Below are positions 9,177 to 18,913 of a stretch of 64,000 bases of DNA, piece after piece. Each line of letters starts with the position of its first letter. The first letter of the stretch is position 1. Source of the DNA: Myxococcota bacterium (GTDB lineage Bacteria > Myxococcota_A > SURF-8); contig OZ223209.1 in assembly GCA_965140415.1 (NCBI GenBank), positions 1,056,001 through 1,120,000 on the forward strand. Reading direction: 5' to 3'. The translations under genes and the position numbers were made by a program. The notes under the pieces are model-generated. The model saw only the letters and a list, made by a program, of their open reading frames with translations. It had not been told where the DNA came from and made no database searches.

Positions 9177-9553
9177 GTCTGTTTAAATTTGCCGTACGCT
9201 AATGTAAAGCGGAAAACCGAAGTCGAATTGGCTGCGAACTACAAGCGAATAGGATAGAAAACGCCTCTAATGTATTAGATAACCGTCAGCAGCGATGCAT
9301 GATAAATGCACGGGATTTGCTTCGTCGCCCGCAAACAGAGATTTCGTATTTTAACCTGGCAGCCTTGCGCAGCAATCGCCTTGCGCAAGGCTTTCTACTT
9401 TTTCCAGCTTTGCTCTGGTACCCGGTAATTCTTTTAGCGGCTGACAAAAATTGCCACAGATTCCAGCCCTATGTTTATGGGGAGCTTGCCATCTGTGACC
9501 GCGATAGCTGAAGAATATCAGACCGACCTGACCTTCTACCGTTGAACGCTTGA

Positions 9554-9581
9554 TTGACAATCACGGAATCAGTTGTAGAAT
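9554..9581 (+). promoter_or_regulatory. Putative sigma70 promoter for nifS-selD
   Basis: TTGACA (9554-9559), 16 bp spacer, TAGAAT (9576-9581). Confidence 0.55.
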
Positions 9582-9698
9582 CCATGGCATAGAAAACCGT
9601 ACGAAAGATCAGGAAAACGAAGACGGTCAAACGCAAATTAACGAGGTTACATGCTGCTTGTTCCCAAAACGCCTCGATTTAAAATTGGATAGGGACTA

Positions 9699-11897
9699 AT
9701 GAATATGGACCCGATCTATTTAGACTACAACGCTACCACACCCATCGACCCACGGGTTGGTGAAGCGATGATCCCCTTTATTCGTAAACATTACGGCAAT
9801 CCGAGTAGTAGTCACGTTTTGGGCGTGGCTACACGGCAGGCCGTTGACCGTGCCCGCAAGCAGGTGGCGGAACTGCTTGGTTGCGGAATCGAAGAGGTCA
9901 TCTTTACCTCCGGGGGCTCGGAGTCTAACAACTACGCGATTAAGGGAATCGCCTGGGCGCGCAGGGACCGTGGCAATCACATCGTGACTTCGGCCATCGA
10001 ACACCCGGCTGTGATCGAGGTCTGCCGCTATCTGGAGGAACATGGATTCAGCGTTACCTATTTGCCGGTAGATGCTGACGGTCTGGTCTCGGTTGCGGAT
10101 TTAGAAGCCTCTCTTACACCCAGGACTATCCTCGTCTCCATCATGCACGCCAACAACGAGGTGGGAAGCATTCAGCCCATCGCAGAGATGGCGGCTATCA
10201 CTCGGGCGCGTGGCATCGCCTTCCATACGGATTGCGCCCAGGCCGTCGGTAAAGTCCCCGTGCGGGTTGACGATTTAGGCGTGGACCTGCTGTCCGTGGC
10301 CGGACACAAACTCTATGCACCAAAAGGAATTGGGGCTCTGTACGTGCGTAGCGGCACTCGACTCGAAAAGCTGGTACATGGTGCCGATCACGAGATGAAC
10401 TGGAGGGCCGGAACCGAGAACGTGTTGGAAATCGTGGGATTGGGAGAAGCCTGTCGCCTGGTCCGTGAAGATCTGGACGAGGAGATGCCCCGTCTGGCAA
10501 CGCTGCGTAACAAACTGGAACACAGCTTGCGCGAGCGCTATCCCGACTTGCGTTTCAATGGTCATTCTGAAAAGCGTCTGCCCAACACGGCCAGCATCAG
10601 TTTTCCGAGTCTTGAGGCCAATACGATTCTCAGTGAGTTGACCGGCGTTGCCGCCTCGGCGGGGGCGGCCTGCCACAGCGACCACGTTGACGTTTCCGCC
10701 GTGCTGACCGCCATGAACGTACCCCTGGAATACGCCATGGGCACCTTGCGGTTTTCCGTCGGACGATTCACCACCGAGCAGGAGATCGACCGGGCGATTA
10801 TCGAGATCGGCGAGGTCGTGGACCGCTTACAGCCTGCGGGCCTCTGCGAAGTGGCAGCTTCTGACGAGGAGATCAAGCTGACCCGCTTCACCCATGGATT
10901 GGGCTGTGCCTGCAAACTGCGTCCCCAGGTGCTGGAATCCGTAGTGAGCCGCCTGGCTCTGCCGGACGATCCCAAGGTGTTGGTTGGAGCCGATACTTCC
11001 GATGATGCTGCCGTTTACAAACTGGACGACCTAACGGCCCTGATCGCCACGGTGGATTTCTTCACTCCCATTGTGGATGACCCATACGAGTTTGGAGCCA
11101 TTGCCGCCGCCAATTCACTGAGCGATGTCTACGCCATGGGAGGACGCCCATTGTTCGCCTTGAACGTGGTGGGTTTTCCCTCAAATCGCCTGCCGGTTTC
11201 GGTTCTGGAAAAGATTCTGCTTGGCGCTCAGAACAAGGCGAAAGAGGCGGGTATAAACATTGTGGGAGGCCATACGGTAGATGACACGGAACCCAAGTTC
11301 GGTCTGGCCGTAACCGGTGTTGTGGCTCTCGATAAGATGGTGGCTAATCGTGGCGCTTGTCCCGGCGATGTTCTGGTGCTGACCAAGCCGTTGGGAACCG
11401 GTGTGCTGTCTACGGCTCTTAAACAGGGATTGTTGGACGAGACACAGCGGCAACGTCTGGTGGAAACCATGGCCTGCTTGAACTGGGGCGCTGCCGAGGC
11501 GATGCAGGAAGTCGGCGTGCACGCCGCAACGGATATTACCGGCTTTGGATTGTGCGGACATCTTCTGGAAATGCTGAAGGCTTCGGGTGTTGGTGGAGAA
11601 CTCCGCTTCGACGCGGTGCCATTCTTACCCGGTGTGTTCGAGTTGGCGGCTTCGGGTGTGATCCCCGGCGGGTCACGAGACAACTTCGAGTTCACTCGAC
11701 CTCACCTGACTTATCCTGAGTCCTTGTCGGAAATTCGCAGGATCGTGCTCAACGACGCGCAGACTTCGGGCGGGTTGCTGATTGCCGTGGCTGAGGATCG
11801 AGTCGCCGATCTGCTACGGGTGCTGGATGCGAAGCAGGTTGAAACGCAGGCTGTAGTTGGAAGCATCACCGAAGGTTCCGGCATACGCGTGATCTAA
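9699..11897 (+). CDS. selD: NifS-like cysteine desulfurase/selenocysteine lyase fused to selenide, water dikinase SelD
   Basis: N-half YLDYNATTP, FTSGGSESNN, HANNEVG, GHKLYAPKG, SAGAACHS; C-half GCACKL, DDAAVY, DFFTP, ANSLSDVYAMGG, DITGFGL, DAQTSGGLL. Confidence 0.93.
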   Translation: MNMDPIYLDYNATTPIDPRVGEAMIPFIRKHYGNPSSSHVLGVATRQAVDRARKQVAELLGCGIEEVIFTSGGSESNNYAIKGIAWARRDRGNHIVTSAIEHPAVIEVCRYLEEHGFSVTYLPVDADGLVSVADLEASLTPRTILVSIMHANNEVGSIQPIAEMAAITRARGIAFHTDCAQAVGKVPVRVDDLGVDLLSVAGHKLYAPKGIGALYVRSGTRLEKLVHGADHEMNWRAGTENVLEIVGLGEACRLVREDLDEEMPRLATLRNKLEHSLRERYPDLRFNGHSEKRLPNTASISFPSLEANTILSELTGVAASAGAACHSDHVDVSAVLTAMNVPLEYAMGTLRFSVGRFTTEQEIDRAIIEIGEVVDRLQPAGLCEVAASDEEIKLTRFTHGLGCACKLRPQVLESVVSRLALPDDPKVLVGADTSDDAAVYKLDDLTALIATVDFFTPIVDDPYEFGAIAAANSLSDVYAMGGRPLFALNVVGFPSNRLPVSVLEKILLGAQNKAKEAGINIVGGHTVDDTEPKFGLAVTGVVALDKMVANRGACPGDVLVLTKPLGTGVLSTALKQGLLDETQRQRLVETMACLNWGAAEAMQEVGVHAATDITGFGLCGHLLEMLKASGVGGELRFDAVPFLPGVFELAASGVIPGGSRDNFEFTRPHLTYPESLSEIRRIVLNDAQTSGGLLIAVAEDRVADLLRVLDAKQVETQAVVGSITEGSGIRVI

Positions 11898-11947
11898 ACA
11901 GCGTACCAGAACGGCGGCATTGACGTATTGCTCATTGTTCACATCCG

Positions 11948-14900
11948 TCAGTCGCTTTGACCGTGGGAATCCGTAAGCTTCCGACGTTGGACATCGCCGC
12001 GTAAGCGGATCGCACGAATCATGCAAAGAAACGCCCACAGGAACAGACCGAACGGTAGCAACTCGTTTGATGATACCTGGTGGCAGCCGTCACCACCCTC
12101 ATCCGAGATTGCGGCGTTATCCTTATCCCCATTGCCTTCCATATTATCGATGTCCTCATCACCATCCGGCAGATTGGATGATGCAGGTCGCACAACTTCG
12201 ATATGCGGCCACTCCAGCGGATCGAAACCGTCGAATAACTCCATCGCGGGTGTGGCGTCGCCGACGGGATTATCGGCTATCGATAGCGCAAAGATCCGAA
12301 TCGTCGGGTTGTTTGGTAGCTGCAATGTGCGAGCGCCGTCCGGAACGGGAAGCTCATAGATATACACGGACCCAAACGCATAGGGTTCATTCATGTAGGG
12401 CAGATGGCGGTGCGTCGTGTAGAAAGCGATCGGATCGAGATTCAGAAAACCGGGTGCGATATCCTCCGGGTTCTCCACCACCTCCCCGTTGACTACCAGG
12501 CTGTGCCACTGACCGATCCATGCGTCGAATGCTCCAATGTGCAGCGGGAAGGACTGACCGTCGATGATGAACGATTCCTCGACGGCTTCGCTCGCTGCTG
12601 CAAGCAGGTATAGTCGCTCACCGGGAACGGGGTCGATAGTTATCGTCTGTCCTTTGCAACTCAGTGCGTTGTTTTCTCCCTCGACAGATGAACCCAACTT
12701 GAATTGTACGCCCATGACGGTGACCTTGTCCGGCCATTGCTCTCCAGGATAGGCGCTGTCCGTGGTTTCGTCGAAACCGCCATCGGCACGGTTCGCATCC
12801 AAACTGACGACATCGCTATCGAAAGACAACTCGACCGAGCGGCTTGAGGACGGGTCGCTCTCGATCATGGACGACACGAGATTCACGCGCATGGTGCGCA
12901 ACTCGAACGGTTTAAAATCGAGAAGAAGTTTGCCATTATCGACGTCCAGGGAATTCAACTCCCGTTCTTCTCCGTCCAGTTCCCAGGCGGCGCTGATTCC
13001 GTCACCCATTGTAAGCGCAACACCGGAAAGGGTGCGGTTCTGCGTCTCGCGCAGGCGCAGGACATATCCGTTTCCATCCTCTGCGGCTTTCATCGCCATT
13101 AACTGCAATCCTGTGTGGTCTAACTGGAGAAAGGAAGCATGACGGCCAAGATCTCCCGCATGTTTCGACAATTGAGCAACCAGCAGTGGCCGATTCACCA
13201 CCGCAGCCGCTCGAACGGAGTCATCCAACCAGTCACCCGTATGCGGAAATAGGGCCGTGCGCAGGGTGTGGGAACCCAGATCCTGTAGATACTGGAATTT
13301 CCTGTCCGAATCCGGCTCACCTGTCGGTGTGTGAAGCAGGGTCAAGCGCAATTCGTTTTCACTGGGTCGATCCCAGCCATAGCGGGAATCGTTTATAACG
13401 GTTAAACCTCGACTTTTATCCTTGTTGCTCAGGTCGGCCCACTGCTGCGCGGGTGCTTCATAGAGACGTTCGGTATTGACGGGTCGTTCGATGACACCCA
13501 GGCCGAGATCGTAGGTCGCCTGTGCCGCATCGGTAGGAAATGTAACCGACAGTTTCAACAGCGATCCAAGGGTTTGCCAGTCGATGGCGTAGTCGATAAG
13601 CGGGAAAGCCATGCTAGACCCGGCACCGAGCCCGATCTTTTCTACGAAGGTCGAATCACCAGCATGACGGGTGACTTCGACTTCGACCAGGGCCGGACCG
13701 TTGCGGGTGACACGCACCTGGGCTGGAGCGGATACCACGGATCGCGGCGCAGCACTGACATCCTCATAACGAATCTCCCAGGCTGGATAACGATCCGGTC
13801 GATCGTCGAGGATTTGAAGCGCAACCGGAGCCGCCAGAAACTCTTGTTCCGTGTTCTTGTCGAACAATGAGGCAATGTTGCCATTGCCATCCAGTTCCAG
13901 CCGGTATCGATCGTTTTCAAGGGCATTTTCGCTTGCCTGCAAACCCTTGCTCATCTCGCAGGGCGTTTCGGATTCGCGCACGTCGTATACAACGACGCCC
14001 ACACTGGGAATGGCGGCGACAAATGTTACTTCCAGGACCGTATCGGACACCACCTGCATCTGTGAGGGGACTTCCTTTCCATCCGGATCGAAAACGCGTA
14101 CGGCTTGAGGTGCGGACGTATTGTAACGAACGAGCGCAGTCACGGCTTCTTCCCGGTCGAATGCCAGCGTGTTGTATACCGCCAAGGGCTTGCCTTCTAC
14201 ATTCGTATCGAGCACCTGTGCCACGGCTCCCATTCCCCCTGAAATCAGAGTTGCAAACCGGTTTTGAGCCACACGTTCGTCGTTCCATGAGAACCGAAGT
14301 GCCTGCGGAATGCTGGTTCCGGTAAGATTGTCGTGGAAGTGCTGGTTCAGCACCCGCATCCAGGCTTCGTCGATGGCGTCTTTCGGGTAGGGCTGCGTTT
14401 TCATCCAGTCGGCGATAACCGACAGCCGTTCGGCGGCTTGTGCCAGAGCCTCGTTCTGTCTGTTCCAGAGTTTGAGCGCCGATTGCGAGGTCAACGTACC
14501 GGTCCCGTGCGTGGAGAGGAGAAGTTCGCCCTTGTATATGGGAAGTGCGGCGATGTCATTCTCATCGAGATCGCGGAACAGCTGATCGGATGCGGCACTG
14601 ATGACTTCCACCGGACCGTCACCGTTGATACTCTCCTGTAATTTCTCCAGGCTGTCGCGATTCACGGAGCCACCGCTGTCGCCCGTGCCGAAATACATCA
14701 TCGCCAGATCAAGTCCCGATTGCTGCCGCTGTTGCTCGATGCGGGCTAGCACTTCCGGATCGTTGCTCAGGTCGCTTTCAATCTGATCTCGGTAATGGCC
14801 ATTTTTTAAAGAAGCAACAATGGAGTGTCCGTCCGGACCTTCCCAGACACCGATGGCAAAGGGCAGATCCACGGCGGTTTCCATAATCTCGAGTTTGGCG

Positions 14901-15427
14901 GTGGAGAAACCGATACGGCCACAATGAGCGGCGATGGATGGAAGACTGTAGGCGAAGCCGAAACAATCGGGTAGGAATACATCCAGGCTTTCACGGCCAT
15001 ATCGAGAGCGAAAGTAACGGTTTCCATAAAGAAATTGACGGATCAGGGCTTCGGGGGAAGGGATATTGACATCCCCGCCTTCCACCGATCCACCAGCGGG
15101 TGACCATTGACCGCTGTCCATGTAGGCTTGCAGTTCTTCGTGGATGTCGGGATTGTATTCTTCGAGCAAGCGGTAGCGGAAAGAGCCTTCCCAACTGAAA
15201 CGATAGTCCGGGTAATCGTCAAGCTGATTGAAGGATCCCTGAAAGGTGGAGGGGATAAGAAAGAGGATAGTTTCATTGATATCCCACAGATATTGCGTAT
15301 CCAGATGCGAAATCGCAACGACGTAGAGTTTTCCCGACGGTTCTTCATCTGCCGCGGCGCTACTCGGCCAAACGGCGAAGCACAATACGGCTAAAGCGAG
15401 AATAAAGGCGATTCCAAGGTGTTTCAT
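11948..15427 (-). CDS. Alpha-mannosidase (GH38), secreted, with MYXO-CTERM-like anchor
   Basis: Signal peptide; SHLDTQYLW, LPDCFGF, YKGELLL..HGTG and NQHFHDNLTGTS motifs; tail DGCHQ...LFLWAFLCMIRAIRLR. Confidence 0.9.
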   Translation of the reverse strand: MKHLGIAFILALAVLCFAVWPSSAAADEEPSGKLYVVAISHLDTQYLWDINETILFLIPSTFQGSFNQLDDYPDYRFSWEGSFRYRLLEEYNPDIHEELQAYMDSGQWSPAGGSVEGGDVNIPSPEALIRQFLYGNRYFRSRYGRESLDVFLPDCFGFAYSLPSIAAHCGRIGFSTAKLEIMETAVDLPFAIGVWEGPDGHSIVASLKNGHYRDQIESDLSNDPEVLARIEQQRQQSGLDLAMMYFGTGDSGGSVNRDSLEKLQESINGDGPVEVISAASDQLFRDLDENDIAALPIYKGELLLSTHGTGTLTSQSALKLWNRQNEALAQAAERLSVIADWMKTQPYPKDAIDEAWMRVLNQHFHDNLTGTSIPQALRFSWNDERVAQNRFATLISGGMGAVAQVLDTNVEGKPLAVYNTLAFDREEAVTALVRYNTSAPQAVRVFDPDGKEVPSQMQVVSDTVLEVTFVAAIPSVGVVVYDVRESETPCEMSKGLQASENALENDRYRLELDGNGNIASLFDKNTEQEFLAAPVALQILDDRPDRYPAWEIRYEDVSAAPRSVVSAPAQVRVTRNGPALVEVEVTRHAGDSTFVEKIGLGAGSSMAFPLIDYAIDWQTLGSLLKLSVTFPTDAAQATYDLGLGVIERPVNTERLYEAPAQQWADLSNKDKSRGLTVINDSRYGWDRPSENELRLTLLHTPTGEPDSDRKFQYLQDLGSHTLRTALFPHTGDWLDDSVRAAAVVNRPLLVAQLSKHAGDLGRHASFLQLDHTGLQLMAMKAAEDGNGYVLRLRETQNRTLSGVALTMGDGISAAWELDGEERELNSLDVDNGKLLLDFKPFELRTMRVNLVSSMIESDPSSSRSVELSFDSDVVSLDANRADGGFDETTDSAYPGEQWPDKVTVMGVQFKLGSSVEGENNALSCKGQTITIDPVPGERLYLLAAASEAVEESFIIDGQSFPLHIGAFDAWIGQWHSLVVNGEVVENPEDIAPGFLNLDPIAFYTTHRHLPYMNEPYAFGSVYIYELPVPDGARTLQLPNNPTIRIFALSIADNPVGDATPAMELFDGFDPLEWPHIEVVRPASSNLPDGDEDIDNMEGNGDKDNAAISDEGGDGCHQVSSNELLPFGLFLWAFLCMIRAIRLRGDVQRRKLTDSHGQSD

Positions 15428-15692
15428 CCTGTTTTCCAATCGTGATGCATGGGGGATTACTCGGACCCAGATGATTATAGCAGCCTTGGTTGAATTCAGA
15501 AGTCATTTCGTCATTTTCGCCGAGGCGGGAATCCGATGACCTGTCAACTGGTCGATCAGCTGGTTGTCTTTTCTGTAATGTCTCTCGTAGGGTGACAAAT
15601 AAAAGAAAATTACTTGCATTCGACTACGTAGAACCCTATTGTTAACAGTATATATCCTAATTAGTTTTAGACAAACTCGGTAAGGGGCAGTC

Positions 15693-16391
15693 ATGAAATA
15701 TCTTATCCTTTTCATGCTCGGGCTTCAGTTGATACTGATTTCTGCCGCAAGCGGTTGCGATTCGTCCGATACTTCCGTTGGCGCGGATGGCGACAGCGAT
15801 GTGCTGGATGGCGAGAATCCCCCGGATGGAGATCTCCCTCCGGATGGAGATCTTCCTCCGGATGGTGACACGCCGGTTGACGGTGACACGCCCGTTGATG
15901 GTGACACTCCCATCGATGGTGATACCCCCGTTGATGGCGACACCCCCGTTGATGGTGACACGCCCGTTGATGGTGACACACCTGTTGACGGTGACACACC
16001 TGTTGACGGTGACACGCCCGTCGATGGTGACACACCCGTTGATGGTGACACGCCCATTGACGGTGACACACCTGTTGACGGTGACACGCCCGTCGATGGT
16101 GACACACCCGTTGATGGTGACACGCCTGTTGATGGCGATACGCCTGTTGATGGTGACACGCCCGTTGATGGTGACACACCCGTTGATGGTGACACACCCG
16201 TTGATGGCGATGTTGAAGTGACACCATCTGCGCCGGTTTTGCACGTTGGTTTTAGTGCGGCGTCAGGCTCCATGATTTCGGATTCCCACCGCCTTACCTT
16301 CAGCTTTGCACCCTTTTCCCTTAAAACGACCGGCAAGGCGACGAATGGCGAAGTGATTCTGCATTCGATTCTCGTTCCGGCTGCGCGGTAA
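15693..16391 (+). CDS. Lipoprotein with long (DGDTPV)n acidic spacer and short C-terminal beta domain
   Basis: Signal peptide with ASGC lipobox; hexapeptide repeats; first gene of a co-oriented four-gene cluster. Confidence 0.8.
   Translation: MKYLILFMLGLQLILISAASGCDSSDTSVGADGDSDVLDGENPPDGDLPPDGDLPPDGDTPVDGDTPVDGDTPIDGDTPVDGDTPVDGDTPVDGDTPVDGDTPVDGDTPVDGDTPVDGDTPIDGDTPVDGDTPVDGDTPVDGDTPVDGDTPVDGDTPVDGDTPVDGDTPVDGDVEVTPSAPVLHVGFSAASGSMISDSHRLTFSFAPFSLKTTGKATNGEVILHSILVPAAR
15807..16211 (+). repeat. 18-bp coding tandem repeat
   Basis: 19 copies of DGDTP(V/I) (15861-16202) preceded by DGENPP and two DGDLPP; variation mostly at third codon positions. Confidence 0.95.
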
Positions 16392-16438
16392 AGGAGGTGC
16401 GTATCATGAAGGTCTGTCTACGAATATCGGAGGAGAGG

Positions 16439-17629
16439 ATGCGACAGGCTATTCTTTGGCTTTCACTTGTGCTGTTGGGGTGCTTGAGTTCGTTCGCACT
16501 TGCTGAGGTGCCCGATACCATGACCTACCAAGGCTATATGACCGATAGCGCAGGAGAACCACTAAATGGTGTGCAGTCCGTAACTTTCAAAATCTACGGT
16601 GCGGAAACCGGGACAGAGGCGATCTGGGAACAGACTGATACCGTTACCTTTGAGCAGGGACGTTTCGAGGCACTATTGGGTGGCAATGACAACCCATTGG
16701 ATGCCAACGTCTTTTCTTCGCCGGAACTCTGGATTGCTGTTTCCATTGGTGGTGGCGACGAACTGCTGCCGCGTGTCATGCTCCCGAGTGTTCCCTACGC
16801 GACTCGCGCGGACGTTGCAGAAAATGCAGTAGGAGATATCACGCCACATACTGTCAGCGTGGCCGGAGCGACCGTCATCGATGAAAGCGGCCAATGGGTA
16901 GGCGATCCGACCGATATCCAGGGACCGAAAGGAGATCAGGGAGATCCCGGCGAACAGGGCGAAGCCGGTGAATCGGTTGCGATTTGGTCAGCGGAATCAG
17001 AAAATTGTCTTCAAGGCGGGGTCGGTTTCTCAATTGGCGATGCGCCTCCCCAGTTCCTTTGTAATGGCGATGCCGGTCCTATGGGAGAGAAGGGGGACAG
17101 AGGACAGAAAGGCGAACCGGGAATCCAAGGCGAGACGGGAGAGCCAGGCCAGGATGGTGCGGATGGACAGGACTGCTGGGATTTGAACAACAATGGAACG
17201 TGCGATACGTCCACGGAAGATACCGATGGCAGCGGTGGATGCTCATTGGCGGACTGTTATCTGCCAGAGCCGGATCTTTTGTGCAAGAACTTCGGATGGC
17301 CCTCTTTTCACCTAAGCCTGGGGTGGTATAACAACGTTTGCATTTATAGCTGTGATATCTGCACCGAGGGCGATACAACCTGTGTGAACTGGATTGAAGC
17401 TGCCAGTTACTGTAGTAGCTACGGTCTCAGCTTGTGTACTTACGAAGAACTCTATCTGGCAAAACGCGATGGTATGAGTCTATCTCAAAATTTCTGGATG
17501 GCAGATCGCACGGCGGACAATGGTGCGCTATATGTCAACGATACAAGCAATGAGAACAATTTCGACGCCCAAGACAATGTTCGTGATGACAGAACGGGGT
17601 TTTACTGCTGTTATCGCTATCGTGACTAA
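16439..17629 (+). CDS. Secreted collagen-like fibre protein, paralog 1
   Basis: Signal peptide; YQGYMTD..GEPL domain; Gly-X-Y runs; CWDLNNNGTCD loop; Cys-rich tip ending GFYCC; alternative start at 16406. Confidence 0.8.
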   Translation: MRQAILWLSLVLLGCLSSFALAEVPDTMTYQGYMTDSAGEPLNGVQSVTFKIYGAETGTEAIWEQTDTVTFEQGRFEALLGGNDNPLDANVFSSPELWIAVSIGGGDELLPRVMLPSVPYATRADVAENAVGDITPHTVSVAGATVIDESGQWVGDPTDIQGPKGDQGDPGEQGEAGESVAIWSAESENCLQGGVGFSIGDAPPQFLCNGDAGPMGEKGDRGQKGEPGIQGETGEPGQDGADGQDCWDLNNNGTCDTSTEDTDGSGGCSLADCYLPEPDLLCKNFGWPSFHLSLGWYNNVCIYSCDICTEGDTTCVNWIEAASYCSSYGLSLCTYEELYLAKRDGMSLSQNFWMADRTADNGALYVNDTSNENNFDAQDNVRDDRTGFYCCYRYRD

Positions 17630-17682
17630 GATATTTGGTGATTTCTGAATTCATGACACTGAAAAAGTCATAGAGGAAAGCC

Positions 17683-18867
17683 ATGCGAGTACGAATACTT
17701 TTTATTTTAATCGCTACAACGTTGGGATTGGCTGGCGGTGCGTGGGCCGAAGTCCCGGTGAGGTTGCAGTATCAGGGGTTTCTAACGGACACGAGTGGAA
17801 CACCGTTGTCCGGAGAACGGAACGTCTCTTTCTCGATTTATGGCTCGGAAAGCGGGGACGACGTGAATTGGACGCAGATAAGCCAGGTGATGGTTTGTCA
17901 GGGGTCGTTCAGTGTCCTATTGGGGAGTGAGACCAATCCGTTGGACGCCAATGTCTTTTCAGGTTCGGATCTCTGGCTAGGCATTACGGTTGGCGATGGA
18001 CCGGAATTGCTCCCGCGCATGAAGGTGAGCGCCATGCCGTTCGCGCAACAGGCTGGAGTGTCTGACAATGCTATCGGTGACATCACACCTGCTACTGTCA
18101 GTGTTTCAGGAAATCCAGTGATCGATGCTGATGGAAAGTGGGTTGGTGATCCATCCGGGTTGGCTGGACCGAAAGGTGAGAAGGGAGATACGGGCGTACA
18201 GGGGGAAACTGGCGTCGCCGGAGATTCTGTCCAGGCCTCTCCCGCCGATTCCTCGTCTTGTCCCGATGGCGGCTACGAATTCTCCGTCGGTGATAGCCTG
18301 TCGTATTTTGCTTGTAATGGCGCTGCGGGTCCGCAAGGGGAAGCAGGTGACCAGGGAGAGAAAGGTGACCAGGGAATTAAAGGGGAAACCGGAGCGGCTG
18401 GTGATGATGGTGATAGGGGACTGACTTGTTGGGATAAAAACAACAACGGAACCTGCGATTTAACCACTGAAGATACGGATGATAGCGGATATTGCAATGC
18501 AGAAGATTGCAGTTTGAATAACTCGCTTCCACAATGCCGTGATGACTATAGATATTATAAAGTGGATCTTCCTGGTCGCAGAATCTGTTATTACGTGGAA
18601 AACAATGATTGGGGCTATACGTGGAATGAATCTGCTTCTTATTGTTCTGGCGGAAATGTTGCATACTCGTTATGCACCTATGAGCAGGTCAAACACTTAA
18701 AACAGAGCAATCAAATATTTTATATGCCCGAAGGATGGTTAGCCGATCGTACGGCAGACAGTAATGCCTTGTATCTGCAAGGATGGGGAGATAGTACCGG
18801 GCAAGCGAATCTCGAGTCGGAACTGGACGATTACTACTGTTGTGTTGAATACCGGGCAAGAGATTAG
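17683..18867 (+). CDS. Secreted collagen-like fibre protein, paralog 2
   Basis: Same architecture: YQGFLTD..GTPL, GDITP, WVGDP, Gly-X-Y runs, CWDKNNNGTCD, YYCC. Confidence 0.8.
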   Translation: MRVRILFILIATTLGLAGGAWAEVPVRLQYQGFLTDTSGTPLSGERNVSFSIYGSESGDDVNWTQISQVMVCQGSFSVLLGSETNPLDANVFSGSDLWLGITVGDGPELLPRMKVSAMPFAQQAGVSDNAIGDITPATVSVSGNPVIDADGKWVGDPSGLAGPKGEKGDTGVQGETGVAGDSVQASPADSSSCPDGGYEFSVGDSLSYFACNGAAGPQGEAGDQGEKGDQGIKGETGAAGDDGDRGLTCWDKNNNGTCDLTTEDTDDSGYCNAEDCSLNNSLPQCRDDYRYYKVDLPGRRICYYVENNDWGYTWNESASYCSGGNVAYSLCTYEQVKHLKQSNQIFYMPEGWLADRTADSNALYLQGWGDSTGQANLESELDDYYCCVEYRARD

Positions 18868-18913
18868 GCTTAAATGATCTTGGGTTACATGAAACATGCG
18901 ATTGGGTGAAATC

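Noticed and set aside
10870-10930. Selenocysteine (TGA) in the SelD active site
   Set aside because: The codons are TGT and TGC (Cys) and the ORF is uninterrupted
15807-16211. CRISPR array
   Set aside because: Contiguous in-frame 18-bp units with no unique spacers and no cas genes; the same applies to the 57-bp repeat at 32318-32641
15657-16336. Alternative-frame ORFs over repeats (His/Gln-, Ser/Pro- and Val/Thr-rich; also 31990-32905)
   Set aside because: Shadow ORFs caused by stop-free repeats; the lipobox-bearing frame is the credible one
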